From NCBI GenBank assembly GCA_934330725.1, contig CAKRGM010000001.1, forward strand, positions 119,398 through 183,397: 64,000 nt of DNA, in the 5' to 3' direction. The DNA comes from an uncultured Lachnospiraceae bacterium. GTDB lineage: Bacteria > Bacillota > Clostridia > Lachnospirales > Lachnospiraceae. Positions 38,155-47,228 of the stretch are shown here, piece after piece. A model generated the notes under the pieces. It ran no database searches. It was not told where the DNA came from and was given only the letters and a program-made list of their open reading frames with translations. Both the position numbers and the translations under genes were made by a program. The first letter of the stretch is position 1; the number at the start of each line of letters is the position of its first letter.

Positions 38155-38539
38155 AAATGAAAAGCTGATAGCATTAGCAAAAGAAGCACTTAAATATTCA
38201 TATTCACCATATTCGGATTTTGCCGTCGGGGCAGCACTTATAACAGACTCCGGAAAGATGTATACAGGATGTAATATTGAAAATTCTTCATATGGTGCAA
38301 CCAATTGTGCTGAACGGACAGCTGTTTTTAAGGCAGTGTCTGAAGGTGAGAAAAAGATAAAAAAAATCGCAATAGTATCATCATCGGGGCAGAAGACGCC
38401 GCCATGTGGTATATGCAGACAGGTGTTAAGCGAATTTATGAGTATCAGTGAAGGCAAGATTATTCTTGAAGATGATGGAAAGCCGGTGGAATATAAACTG
38501 GCTGATTTTCTGCCAATGCACTTTAGTTTAAAAAAATAG
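38144..38539 (+). CDS. cdd: Cytidine deaminase
   Basis: CAERTA and PCGICRQ zinc motifs. TTG start, 11-nt overlap with the upstream gene. Confidence 0.9.
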   Translation: MNSENEKLIALAKEALKYSYSPYSDFAVGAALITDSGKMYTGCNIENSSYGATNCAERTAVFKAVSEGEKKIKKIAIVSSSGQKTPPCGICRQVLSEFMSISEGKIILEDDGKPVEYKLADFLPMHFSLKK

Positions 38540-38579
38540 TATATTTATGCCTTTTTATGTTAATAATACCTATATCCAA

Positions 38580-38824
38580 ATCAGCATGGGAAAATATGCT
38601 GATGTGATTAGTGTTCACCCGGGATTTGTACTTTGAACAGACCCTGGGTGAATCTTGAAATTGGTGCGGGGATGGAGATTAGTGTGAAAAATCATGCTGA
38701 TACTATGATTTTTCACACAGCTATTTGTGCCGCAGGCATCACAAATAGCCATGATTGCAGAGCTGAATTTGAAATTCAGCCCGCGATTCCTTCGACGCAA
38801 AGAGTCTGCGGAATGGAGATTAAC
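38580..38824 (+). promoter_or_regulatory. Highly structured ~245-nt leader / candidate cis-regulatory or small RNA
   Basis: Consecutive perfect or near-perfect hairpins: ATCAGCAT/ATGCTGAT (38580-38603), TTCACCC..GGGTGAA (38614-38652), a 14-bp GTGTGAAAAATCAT/ATGATTTTTCACAC (38682-38718), a 10-bp GCTATTTGTG/CACAAATAGC (38720-38749), GCTGAATT/AATTCAGC (38762-38780) and ATTCC/GGAAT (38787-38814). Confidence 0.4.
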
Positions 38825-38827
38825 ATG
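38747..38827 (+). repeat. Copy B of the ~82-nt dispersed element (partner at 1651..1732)
   Basis: About 90% identical to 1651-1732 in the same orientation. It ends in GGAATGGAGATTAACATG, which supplies the SD and start of the downstream gene. Confidence 0.8.
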
Positions 38828-39307
38828 AACAAGGCTAAATATATATATGCATCGGCAGTTGGAGTGATAGTTATAGGATGTGTCATTCTTATAATAAGTA
38901 TCGCAACAGGAAATAATAATATAAAAAATAAGAATAATTCTGACAGTCAGATCAAAAGTGAGGAAGCATATGATGCTGATATGAAGCTTAATGCAGAGGC
39001 GGGGAAGGCTTCAGTTGATGATGAGAATAATGGTAATTCTTTAGATGCTGATAAATCAGATAAAAACCATTCGGATCCGGATGAAGGAGATATAAGCGGA
39101 AGGCAGGCTGGCGATGTTCAGACAGAAGTGTACAGGCTGGTTCTTGAAAATGACAGGATAAGCATATATGAAGATGATGCATTTTTTGATTATGCAGATA
39201 TCAATATCTATAGCATTCCGGCTGATGTACAGAAAAAGCTTATTAATGGAATAGAACTTCAGGGCGAACAGCAGCTGTATGAATTTCTTCAGACTTATAG
39301 CAGTTGA
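38825..39307 (+). CDS. Membrane-anchored hypothetical protein (160 aa)
   Basis: The ATG at 38825 lies 6 nt after GGAATGGAG. One TM helix (ASAVGVIVIGCVILIISIA), an acidic low-complexity linker and a ~60-aa C-terminal domain (YRLVLENDRISIYEDD...GIELQGEQQLYEFLQTYSS). The part of the ORF upstream of 38825 is structured RNA, not coding. Confidence 0.65.
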   Translation: MNKAKYIYASAVGVIVIGCVILIISIATGNNNIKNKNNSDSQIKSEEAYDADMKLNAEAGKASVDDENNGNSLDADKSDKNHSDPDEGDISGRQAGDVQTEVYRLVLENDRISIYEDDAFFDYADINIYSIPADVQKKLINGIELQGEQQLYEFLQTYSS

Positions 39308-39368
39308 CAAAACTAACATGTCTGATTTGTAACAAAGATATTATAAATATTGTAAATGGAGAAAAAAC

Positions 39369-40721
39369 ATGAATATACTACAGTGTGACTGCCTTGTTAT
39401 AGGGGCAGGAGCAGCAGGGATGATGGCAGCAATCACTGCTGCCCGCAAGTCGGCTGGAACCGGTAAGAAAGTGATTATAGTTGAACATACAGAAAAAATT
39501 GGAAATAAAATACTTCAGACAGGTAATGGAAAATGTAATTTTACAAATCTTGATATGGATGAAGGCAAATATCAGAATGAAGATAAAAGCTTTGTAAAGG
39601 AAGCACTGTCACAGTTTGGAGTTTATAATACAATAAATTTCTTTAAAGGGATAGGTGTATATCATAAAGAAAAAAACGGGTATGTATATCCGAATTCAGA
39701 AACGGCTGCGTCACTGCAAAATGCACTAAGACTTGAGGTTGAACATCAAAAAATAAAAGTAATTCTTAAATTTAATATAAGAAACTGCAGGATTTCCAGG
39801 GATAAAAAATTTTACGAAGTAATTTCGGATAAAAGTCTGGATACAATGATAAAAGCGAAAAGCCTGATAATTGCAACAGGTTCAATGGCAGCACCTAAGA
39901 CTGGTTCAGATGGTTCGGGTTATGAACTTGCAAAACAGCTTGGACATACAGCAGTAAAGCCTCTTCCGGCATTGGTACAGCTTATATCGGATGATAAGGT
40001 GTGCAAAATGATGGCCGGTGTCAGAAGCACAGGAAAAGTGGTATTGTATGTTGACAATAAGGAGTGTGCCTGGGATTACGGTGAGATACAGTATACAGAT
40101 TACGGAATATCAGGTATACCGGTATTCCAGATAAGCCGTTTTGCGGTAAAGGCAGCAGATTCAAAGAAAAAGGTATATGCGGCTATAGACATGCTTACGC
40201 AGTACTCGCTTGAAGAATTAGAAAAAGATACAAAAATACGACTTGGAAATGAGAATTATAAGACGATAGAAGAGTTCTTTTGTGGACTTTTAAATAAAAA
40301 GCTTGTATCTGCAATAGCAAGGAAAGCCAATGTGGGTATTAATGACAAAGTTAAAGCTGTAAATTATAAAAAAATTATGGATATGTTAAAGCTGATGAAA
40401 GATTTCCGGGTGAACATAACAGGTTTCAAACCATTTGAGAATGCGCAGATATGTCAGGGCGGTATATCGCTGAAAGAAATAAATTGTGAAACGATGGAAT
40501 CAAAACTTCATAAGGGACTTTATTTTGCCGGAGAAGTGATGGATGTTGATGGAAAGTGTGGGGGATACAACCTGCAGTGGGCGTGGAGCAGCGGCTATAT
40601 TGCAGGAAAAAATGCAGTAAGCGCAGGAAATGAGGTAGTAAATAATAAACATGTTAAGAATCAATCAGATAAAGTTAAGCCCAAAACATTCAAAAAAAGA
40701 AATGGACAGGGCTGTATATAA
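39369..40721 (+). CDS. HI0933/BaiN-like FAD flavoprotein
   Basis: DCLVIGAGAAGMMAA (FAD fold), GNGKCNFTN and GGYNLQWAWSSG are hallmarks of the HI0933-like family. Confidence 0.85.
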   Translation: MNILQCDCLVIGAGAAGMMAAITAARKSAGTGKKVIIVEHTEKIGNKILQTGNGKCNFTNLDMDEGKYQNEDKSFVKEALSQFGVYNTINFFKGIGVYHKEKNGYVYPNSETAASLQNALRLEVEHQKIKVILKFNIRNCRISRDKKFYEVISDKSLDTMIKAKSLIIATGSMAAPKTGSDGSGYELAKQLGHTAVKPLPALVQLISDDKVCKMMAGVRSTGKVVLYVDNKECAWDYGEIQYTDYGISGIPVFQISRFAVKAADSKKKVYAAIDMLTQYSLEELEKDTKIRLGNENYKTIEEFFCGLLNKKLVSAIARKANVGINDKVKAVNYKKIMDMLKLMKDFRVNITGFKPFENAQICQGGISLKEINCETMESKLHKGLYFAGEVMDVDGKCGGYNLQWAWSSGYIAGKNAVSAGNEVVNNKHVKNQSDKVKPKTFKKRNGQGCI

Positions 40722-42315
40722 GGCATTAAGACTTAATAAAAATGATATATGTGAATACATAATTGCAAAGAGGTCTGTAGATGCAAGACACAAGCCGGAT
40801 ATAGAATATGTTTATAGTGTAAATATTATTTCAGTTATTCATAACGGGAAAAAACTTGATAACAAATCAATAATTTCAAATGCACGCAATAAAAACCTGG
40901 CAGAGGTAAAGGAAGTATCATATAATTTTCCGGCAGTGCTTTCACCACAGCAGACGGCATATTTTAAAGAAAATGAGGATGAAAGACCGGTTATTGTCGG
41001 ATTTGGACCTGCTGGAATGTTTGCTGCATTGAATCTTGCAAGGGCAGGGGCATGCCCTGTTGTATATGAGCGTGGTGAGCCAGTCGATAAAAGACAGCAG
41101 ACTGTGGAAAATTTCTGGAATACAGGTGTGTTAAATCGGGAATCAAATGTTCAGTTTGGAGAAGGCGGCGCAGGTACATTTTCTGATGGAAAACTCAACA
41201 CAGGAATAAAAGACCCTACAGGAAGAATAAGAGAAACACTTAAGACATTTGTAGAGTTTGGGGCAGACAGCAATATTCTTTATGTTAATAAGCCACATAT
41301 TGGAACAGATGTGCTTGCGGAAGTCGTAAAAAATATCAGAAATGAAATAATAAACCTTGGCGGTGAGATTAATTTTAATACAAAATTAAACGATGCCATA
41401 ATAGAAAATAATAAAATCAGCAGTATTGAACTTGTTAATACAGTGTCAGGGGAAAAAGTGCTGCGCAGATGCAGCTGTTTGTGTCTGGCACTGGGGCACA
41501 GTGCAAGAGATACATTTGAAATGCTTGATAAAAAGCCGCTTATTATGGAACCAAAACCGTTTGCAGTTGGACTGAGAATTGAACATCCACAGGAATTTAT
41601 TAATTACAATGCATATGCACAGGCAGCTTATAACATGAAAGAAACAGGGCTTCCGGTTGCAGATTACAAGGTGACATATCAGACATCAAAAAAGCGCGGT
41701 GTATATTCATTTTGCATGTGTCCCGGCGGATATGTTGTTAATGCATCAAGCGAAAGTGAAATGACAGCTGTTAATGGCATGAGTTATTCCAAAAGAGACA
41801 GTTTAAATGCCAATAGTGCAATAATTGTGAATGTTACGCCAAATGATTTTGGTAATAATACACTTGATGGCATGAAATTCCAAAGAAAGCTTGAGAAGCT
41901 TGCTTATAAAAATGCAGATGGGGATATTCCCGTACAGTTACTGGCGGATTTTAGACACAACCGTGTGTCAACAGGCCTGGGCAGAGTGACACCATGTATA
42001 AAAGGAAAATATAAATTTGCCGATTTAAATAATGTACTGCCACAATTCATATCTGAAGCTATAAAAGAAGCTGTCACGCCGGAAGGTTTTGGACGCCTGA
42101 TAAAAGGATTTGATATGGAAGATGCTGTGTTTTCCGGAGTGGAAAGCCGTACATCAAGTCCACTGAGGATATTGCGTGATGAGAAACTCGAAGCAGCAGT
42201 TAAAGGTATATTTCCATGTGGAGAGGGAGCAGGATATGCAGGGGGTATAACATCGGCGGCGGTTGACGGAATAAAAGTCGCGGAACAGATTGTTTTGTCG
42301 AAAATGCACAAATAA
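40651..42315 (+). CDS. FAD-dependent protein of the COG2509 type
   Basis: KRSVDAR, VIVGFGPAGMFAAL, YSFCMCPGG, PCGEGAGYAGGITSAA. Overlaps the upstream gene by 71 nt. Confidence 0.8.
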   Translation: MLRINQIKLSPKHSKKEMDRAVYKALRLNKNDICEYIIAKRSVDARHKPDIEYVYSVNIISVIHNGKKLDNKSIISNARNKNLAEVKEVSYNFPAVLSPQQTAYFKENEDERPVIVGFGPAGMFAALNLARAGACPVVYERGEPVDKRQQTVENFWNTGVLNRESNVQFGEGGAGTFSDGKLNTGIKDPTGRIRETLKTFVEFGADSNILYVNKPHIGTDVLAEVVKNIRNEIINLGGEINFNTKLNDAIIENNKISSIELVNTVSGEKVLRRCSCLCLALGHSARDTFEMLDKKPLIMEPKPFAVGLRIEHPQEFINYNAYAQAAYNMKETGLPVADYKVTYQTSKKRGVYSFCMCPGGYVVNASSESEMTAVNGMSYSKRDSLNANSAIIVNVTPNDFGNNTLDGMKFQRKLEKLAYKNADGDIPVQLLADFRHNRVSTGLGRVTPCIKGKYKFADLNNVLPQFISEAIKEAVTPEGFGRLIKGFDMEDAVFSGVESRTSSPLRILRDEKLEAAVKGIFPCGEGAGYAGGITSAAVDGIKVAEQIVLSKMHK

Positions 42316-42332
42316 ATGAAAGTATTTTTTAT

Positions 42333-42360
42333 TTGCGTAAAATTTTTTAAGTGATAAAAT
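42333..42360 (+). promoter_or_regulatory. Candidate sigma-A promoter of pilB-pilT
   Basis: TTGCGT (42333-42338), a 16-nt spacer, then TGaTAAAAT with TAAAAT at 42355-42360. Confidence 0.5.
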
Positions 42361-42391
42361 AGCTTTATATGAAAAAACGGAGGAAATCATC

Positions 42392-44095
42392 TTGATTTAC
42401 AGGAAGAAAGTCAGATTAGGCGATGTTTTGATAAGAAAAGGCCTTATCGATGAAGAACAGTTGAAGAATGCACTTGAACAGCAGAAAGAAAAGAAAATGC
42501 TGCTTGGTGAGACATTAATAGAGCTGGGATGCATCTCAAGAGACAAGCTGAATGACGTTTTATGCGAATATCTTAATATAAGTTTTGTAGATGTCAGAGC
42601 ATATGAGCCGAAAGAAGATGTGTTCAGTCTCCTTGATGAGAGCATTATGCGTAAATATACGCTTATTCCACTTGATTATGAAGACGGTAATGCCGGCGTT
42701 ATAAAGGTTGCCATGGCGGACCCGATGAATTTTAATGCTCTTGATGATATTAATATTATTACAGGTAAACAGGCCTCTCCATATCTTGCAAATGCAATGG
42801 ATATTAATGCATTTCTTGATAAAAAATTCGGAAAACAGCAGGCTAAAAATATAGCTGAATTATATAAAAAAGAACAGGGAATAACAGACGAGCAGGAATC
42901 AGAGGCTGATAAGGCGAGAAAAGAAGAAATAGAGAATGCGCCTATTGTACAGCTGGTTAATAACGCAATTGAACAGGCTGTGCGAGAAAGAGCCAGTGAT
43001 ATACATATTGAACCATTTGAAAATAACATAAGGATACGTTTCCGTGTGGATGGAAGTTTAAGAGAAGCACTTGTTTATGAAAAAACACTGCTTAATGCAA
43101 TAACTGCAAGAATAAAAATCATGGCTGGGATGGACATTGCTGAAAAGAGAAAGCCACAGGACGGACGTATCACAATAATGGTAGACAGGCATGAATATGA
43201 TATCCGTGTATCTAATCTGCCTACAGTTTATGGCGAAAAGACTGTTATGAGACTTGCATCAAAGGAAGGATTTAAAAAAGAGAAGAGTGAACTTGGTATG
43301 ACGCCAAAAGATCTTGAACGCTTTGATACAATATTAAAAAATCCACATGGAATCATCCTTGTAACAGGACCTACAGGAAGTGGTAAGTCCACAACACTGT
43401 ATACAGCACTTAGTGCTCTTAACAGTGAAGATTTAAATATTATTACGGTTGAAGACCCTGTTGAGGCAAATATAGACGGAATTAATCAGGTCCAGGTAAA
43501 TAACAAGGCTGACCTTACATTTTCAAGTGCTTTAAGGTCAATACTTCGTCAGGATCCGGATATAATCATGATTGGTGAAATCCGAGATTCAGAGACAGCA
43601 GAAATAGCGGTAAGAGCATCTATAACAGGTCATCTTGTTGTAAGTACACTGCATACTAACAGTACTGCAAGCTCTGTATCACGTCTTGTTGATATGGGAA
43701 TAGAACCATATCTTCTTTCTGATTCACTTGCGGGCGTTATTGCACAGCGTCTTGTAAGAAGGCTTTGCAGCTGCAAGACAGAAAGACCTGCTACCGAAAG
43801 CGAAAAGAAAGAACTTGGAGTTTCACCGGATGAACAAATTACCATATGTGAACCATGCGGATGCAAAATCTGCAATAATACAGGATATCTTGGAAGAATT
43901 GGTATCTATGAGATAATGATAGTAACACCTTCGATAAAGAGAATGATAGCAAAGGGAGCAGAACCTGATGAAATACGTAATCAGGCTGTTTCTGAAGGAA
44001 TGCATACACTTAAGATGTCGGCAGCTGATTATGTAAAAAAAGGAATCACATCAATGGCAGAAATGATTAAGGCTACGTACGAGATTGATGATTAA
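42392..44095 (+). CDS. pilB: Type IV pilus assembly (extension) ATPase PilB with N-terminal MshEN domain
   Basis: TTG start 8 nt after GGAGG. GspE/PilB core: GPTGSGKSTTLY, ITVEDPVE, IMIGEIRD, tetracysteine CSC...CEPCGCKIC. The N-terminus is RLGDVLIRKGLIDEEQLKNALEQQ. Confidence 0.93.
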   Translation: MIYRKKVRLGDVLIRKGLIDEEQLKNALEQQKEKKMLLGETLIELGCISRDKLNDVLCEYLNISFVDVRAYEPKEDVFSLLDESIMRKYTLIPLDYEDGNAGVIKVAMADPMNFNALDDINIITGKQASPYLANAMDINAFLDKKFGKQQAKNIAELYKKEQGITDEQESEADKARKEEIENAPIVQLVNNAIEQAVRERASDIHIEPFENNIRIRFRVDGSLREALVYEKTLLNAITARIKIMAGMDIAEKRKPQDGRITIMVDRHEYDIRVSNLPTVYGEKTVMRLASKEGFKKEKSELGMTPKDLERFDTILKNPHGIILVTGPTGSGKSTTLYTALSALNSEDLNIITVEDPVEANIDGINQVQVNNKADLTFSSALRSILRQDPDIIMIGEIRDSETAEIAVRASITGHLVVSTLHTNSTASSVSRLVDMGIEPYLLSDSLAGVIAQRLVRRLCSCKTERPATESEKKELGVSPDEQITICEPCGCKICNNTGYLGRIGIYEIMIVTPSIKRMIAKGAEPDEIRNQAVSEGMHTLKMSAADYVKKGITSMAEMIKATYEIDD

Positions 44096-44136
44096 ATATT
44101 AAATTAGTGAGAAAATCACAGAAATGAGGAATTGAA

Positions 44137-45201
44137 ATGATAACGGTAGATGAATTGATCAAGCAGGCTAAAGATATGAAGGCGTCCGACCTTCATCTTA
44201 CAGTAGCACTTCCGCCACGTGTAAGAATTGATGGTGAACTTAAGAATCTTGACGAATATGAAAAGTTTACGCCGGATACTGTAAAACAGATGGTTCTTGG
44301 AATGATGACAGACAGGCAGAAGGCAATATTTGAAAAACGTGGAGAAGTCGATTTCTCATATTCAATCATGAACGTAGGACGAGTCAGAGTCAATGCATTT
44401 AAGCAGAGAGGCTCAGCTGCCTGCGCATTAAGAATTGTGGATACAAATATTCCAAGCCCGGAAGATCTTGGGGTTCCAAAGTCGGTAATAGATCTTTATT
44501 CAAAAAAGAGAGGGCTTGTGCTTGTAACAGGACCTACAGGAAGTGGTAAGTCTACAACTCTTGCATCACTTATCAACAGAATAAATGAAAAGCGTAAGGC
44601 TCATGTAATAACACTTGAAGATCCTATCGAGTATTTACATTCACATAAGAACTCAATGATAAATCAGAGAGAAATTGGTATTGATACAATATCCTATGCT
44701 GATGCCTTAAGAGCAGCGTTGCGTGAAGACCCTGATGTTATTCTTGTGGGCGAGATGCGTGATCTTGAAACTATTGCCACAGCAATAACAGCTGCGGAAA
44801 CAGGACATCTTGTGTTTTCAACATTACATACAATTGGTGCGGCATCTACAATTGACCGTATAATTGATGTTTTCCCTGCTCACCAGCAGGAACAGATAAG
44901 AATACAGCTTGCGATGGTACTTGAAGCCGTTATATCACAACAGCTTATTCCTAGAACAGATAAAGGAAGAGTTGCTGCATTTGAAGTTATGCATGCTACT
45001 ATACCTATTAAGAACCTTATAAGAGAATCAAAGACATTCCAGATACAGACAATAATACAGACAAGCAGAAAAGCAGGAATGATAACAATGGATGATTCAC
45101 TTATTGATCTGTGCCACAGGGAAATAATAAGTGAGAGCAACGCTATTGAATTTGCACAAAATGAGGATTATGTTGAGAAACGTGTCAGCTATGTGATATA
45201 A
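44137..45201 (+). CDS. pilT: Type IV pilus retraction ATPase PilT
   Basis: 354 aa. ASDLHL, GPTGSGKSTT, ITLEDPIEY, ILVGEMRD, PIKNLIRES (AIRNLIRE-like). Confidence 0.93.
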   Translation: MITVDELIKQAKDMKASDLHLTVALPPRVRIDGELKNLDEYEKFTPDTVKQMVLGMMTDRQKAIFEKRGEVDFSYSIMNVGRVRVNAFKQRGSAACALRIVDTNIPSPEDLGVPKSVIDLYSKKRGLVLVTGPTGSGKSTTLASLINRINEKRKAHVITLEDPIEYLHSHKNSMINQREIGIDTISYADALRAALREDPDVILVGEMRDLETIATAITAAETGHLVFSTLHTIGAASTIDRIIDVFPAHQQEQIRIQLAMVLEAVISQQLIPRTDKGRVAAFEVMHATIPIKNLIRESKTFQIQTIIQTSRKAGMITMDDSLIDLCHREIISESNAIEFAQNEDYVEKRVSYVI

Positions 45202-45296
45202 TTTGACAGTTTACGCAAAAATACGCACTATTTAACAAAATAAATGTCAAAAAATTAGTTAATATGCCTATTTTTATAAAAAATTAATAGTTAGAA

Positions 45297-45325
45297 TTGA
45301 AAAAATCAGACACAATTGATATAAT
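45297..45325 (+). promoter_or_regulatory. Sigma-A promoter upstream of pilC
   Basis: TTGAAA (45297-45302), a 17-nt spacer, then TGaTATAAT with TATAAT at 45320-45325. Confidence 0.65.
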
Positions 45326-45395
45326 TAATACGATAAAAAGGTTAATTATTTTAAGAAAAAACATATAACCTTGTAAAATAGAAGGGATATTGGTT

Positions 45396-46613
45396 ATGGA
45401 AGTATATTCTTACACTGCCGTTGGAACTGACGGCAAAGATAAGAAGGGAACGGTTGAGGCTGAATCTGAACGTGATGCAGCAAAGAAGATTAAGGCTGAC
45501 GGACTTATTCCGATGTCTGTGCAGAAACAGAGTGCCTTAAACAAAGATATTAATCTTCCGTTCCTTAATAAAAAGAAGAAGATTAAGCCGAGGGATCTGA
45601 GCGTATTCTGTCGTCAGTTTTCAAGCATATTAAAGGCGGGCGTCAGCGTTATCAATGCACTTGAGATGCTTGCAGACCAGACAGAGAATAAGACTCTTAG
45701 AGAAGCGGTCGTGGAAGTACAAAGTAATGTAGAAAAGGGTGAGACACTTTCTAAGTCAATGAAAGCATATCCTGATGCATTTCCTTCACTTCTTATAAGT
45801 ATGATTGAGGCCGGTGAGTCATCAGGTAATCTTGAATCAGCATTTGAAAGAATGGCGGTCCAGTTTGAAAAGGATGCGAAGCTTCAGTCAATGATAAAGA
45901 AAGCTATGACATATCCTGTCATTCTTATAATAGTTGCGATTGGAGTAGTAATTGCAATGATGGTATATGTAATACCTTCATTCGTCAGCATGTTTGATGA
46001 TATGGGATCAGATCTTCCTGTATATACACAGATGCTTGTTAATCTTAGTGATTTTATAATTCACTACTGGTATATTGTTGTACTTATAATTATTGCAATT
46101 GTTGCAGCGTATAAGGCTTATTATAAGACTGACAGTGGAAGACATAACATTGACAGATTGAAGTTAAAGGTTCCGGTATTCGGTAAGTTAAAACAAAAGA
46201 CGGCATGTGCCAGATTTACAAGAACATTAAGCACGCTTGTAAAATCAGGTATGCCGATGATGGACGCAATAGATATAGCAGCAGGAACAATAGACAACGT
46301 TTTGTATAAAGATGCATTACTTAAAGCAAAGAATGGTGTAGGTCTTGGCTTTGAATTATCAGGCCAGCTTCAGGTATCAGGACTTTTTCCACCACTGGTT
46401 ATTCATATGACTAATATTGGTGAAGAAACAGGTAATCTTGAAGAGATGCTTACTAATATTGCAAACTACTACGATGAGGAAATCGAGGCAACGACACAAC
46501 AGATATCAGCGCTCATGGAACCTATGATTATTCTTGTTATGGCTGTAGTAGTCGGGGGACTCATTATGGCAATCTATAGTCCTCTTATCCAGCTTTATGA
46601 TCAGCTTGGATAG
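45396..46613 (+). CDS. pilC: Type IV pilus platform protein PilC (GspF family)
   Basis: The ATG at 45396 follows GAAGGGA. Two GspF repeats (FCRQFSSILKAGVSV... and FTRTLSTLVKSGMPM...) and three TM segments. Confidence 0.92.
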   Translation: MEVYSYTAVGTDGKDKKGTVEAESERDAAKKIKADGLIPMSVQKQSALNKDINLPFLNKKKKIKPRDLSVFCRQFSSILKAGVSVINALEMLADQTENKTLREAVVEVQSNVEKGETLSKSMKAYPDAFPSLLISMIEAGESSGNLESAFERMAVQFEKDAKLQSMIKKAMTYPVILIIVAIGVVIAMMVYVIPSFVSMFDDMGSDLPVYTQMLVNLSDFIIHYWYIVVLIIIAIVAAYKAYYKTDSGRHNIDRLKLKVPVFGKLKQKTACARFTRTLSTLVKSGMPMMDAIDIAAGTIDNVLYKDALLKAKNGVGLGFELSGQLQVSGLFPPLVIHMTNIGEETGNLEEMLTNIANYYDEEIEATTQQISALMEPMIILVMAVVVGGLIMAIYSPLIQLYDQLG

Positions 46614-46692
46614 TTACTGATGTATATAAACTTACATAATGTATTGTGTGGGGTTTGTATAAATAAAAATAATTAAAAGGAGTGGTCAGGAA

Positions 46693-47184
46693 ATGATAAA
46701 GAAAAGAGACCAGAAAAAATTAGGTAACAAGGGTTTTTCACTTGTTGAGTTGATTGTTGTTATTGCCATCATGGCAATCCTTGTAGGTGTACTTGCACCG
46801 GTACTTATCAGAAACATTGAGAAGTCAAGAGAGTCAAAGGATCTTCAGGCTCTTGACAGTGTAAAGAGTGCAGTTACTACAGCACTTGCTAGAGAAGACT
46901 GCTATAAAGAACTGGTTGGTACATCTGAAACTACTTATACATTTACTCTTAGCTCAGGAGATTTAAGCGCACCAGGTAAAACTTTAACTAATACTAATCC
47001 TGAGCTTGCAAGTATTTTAGGATCAAATGGTGTTAAGTTATCATCTACTAATTTAAAGGATCTTACATCTATTACTGTTAAAGTTGCAAGCGATGGTTCT
47101 GTAATAGTTGGAGCATATCAGGCTGACGGTACTACGGCTTATACTGGCACTGTTGACACTAGCATCGTATTTGAAGTTAAATAA
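46693..47184 (+). CDS. pilA: Type IV major pilin candidate
   Basis: Prepilin leader MIKKRDQKKLGNKG / FSLVELIVVIAIMAIL (G-1, F+1, E+5). 163 aa, strong RBS AAAGGAG. Confidence 0.88.
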   Translation: MIKKRDQKKLGNKGFSLVELIVVIAIMAILVGVLAPVLIRNIEKSRESKDLQALDSVKSAVTTALAREDCYKELVGTSETTYTFTLSSGDLSAPGKTLTNTNPELASILGSNGVKLSSTNLKDLTSITVKVASDGSVIVGAYQADGTTAYTGTVDTSIVFEVK

Positions 47185-47228
47185 TACATACTTATATTTA
47201 TTAAAATCAATTCACAAGGTGAAAAAAT

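Noticed and set aside
38794-38802. GACGCAAAG in the leader (and GACGTAAAG in copy A), resembling the conserved GACGCAAAGC core of GEMM-I c-di-GMP riboswitches. This was tempting given the c-di-GMP-binding PilB nearby.
   Set aside because: The rest of the GEMM-I consensus is missing: no GGCAAACC 5' element, no GNRA tetraloop/receptor pair in register, and the flanks are CCTTC/AGTCTGCGG rather than GG/CC..CCGG. A 9-mer match alone is not evidence.
38633-38824. N-terminal 64 codons of track ORF 38633..39307, which would give a 224-aa protein
   Set aside because: This part coincides with perfect 14-bp and 10-bp palindromes and has no RBS at 38633. The ATG at 38825 has a well-spaced SD and is immediately followed by a basic N-terminus plus a TM helix.
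40651-40721. 71-nt overlap between the two FAD-enzyme genes as a sign of a frameshift or fusion
   Set aside because: Both proteins have complete family-typical termini. The second starts with the conserved MLRINxIKL...KRSVDAR N-terminus, so the overlap appears genuine and unremarkable.
42392-47184. Interpreting the locus as a ComG-type competence pseudopilus
   Set aside because: The presence of PilT, PilM-PilN, PilO-like, a dedicated prepilin peptidase and large minor pilins fits a type IVa-like clostridial pilus. It does not fit the compact comGA-GG operon.
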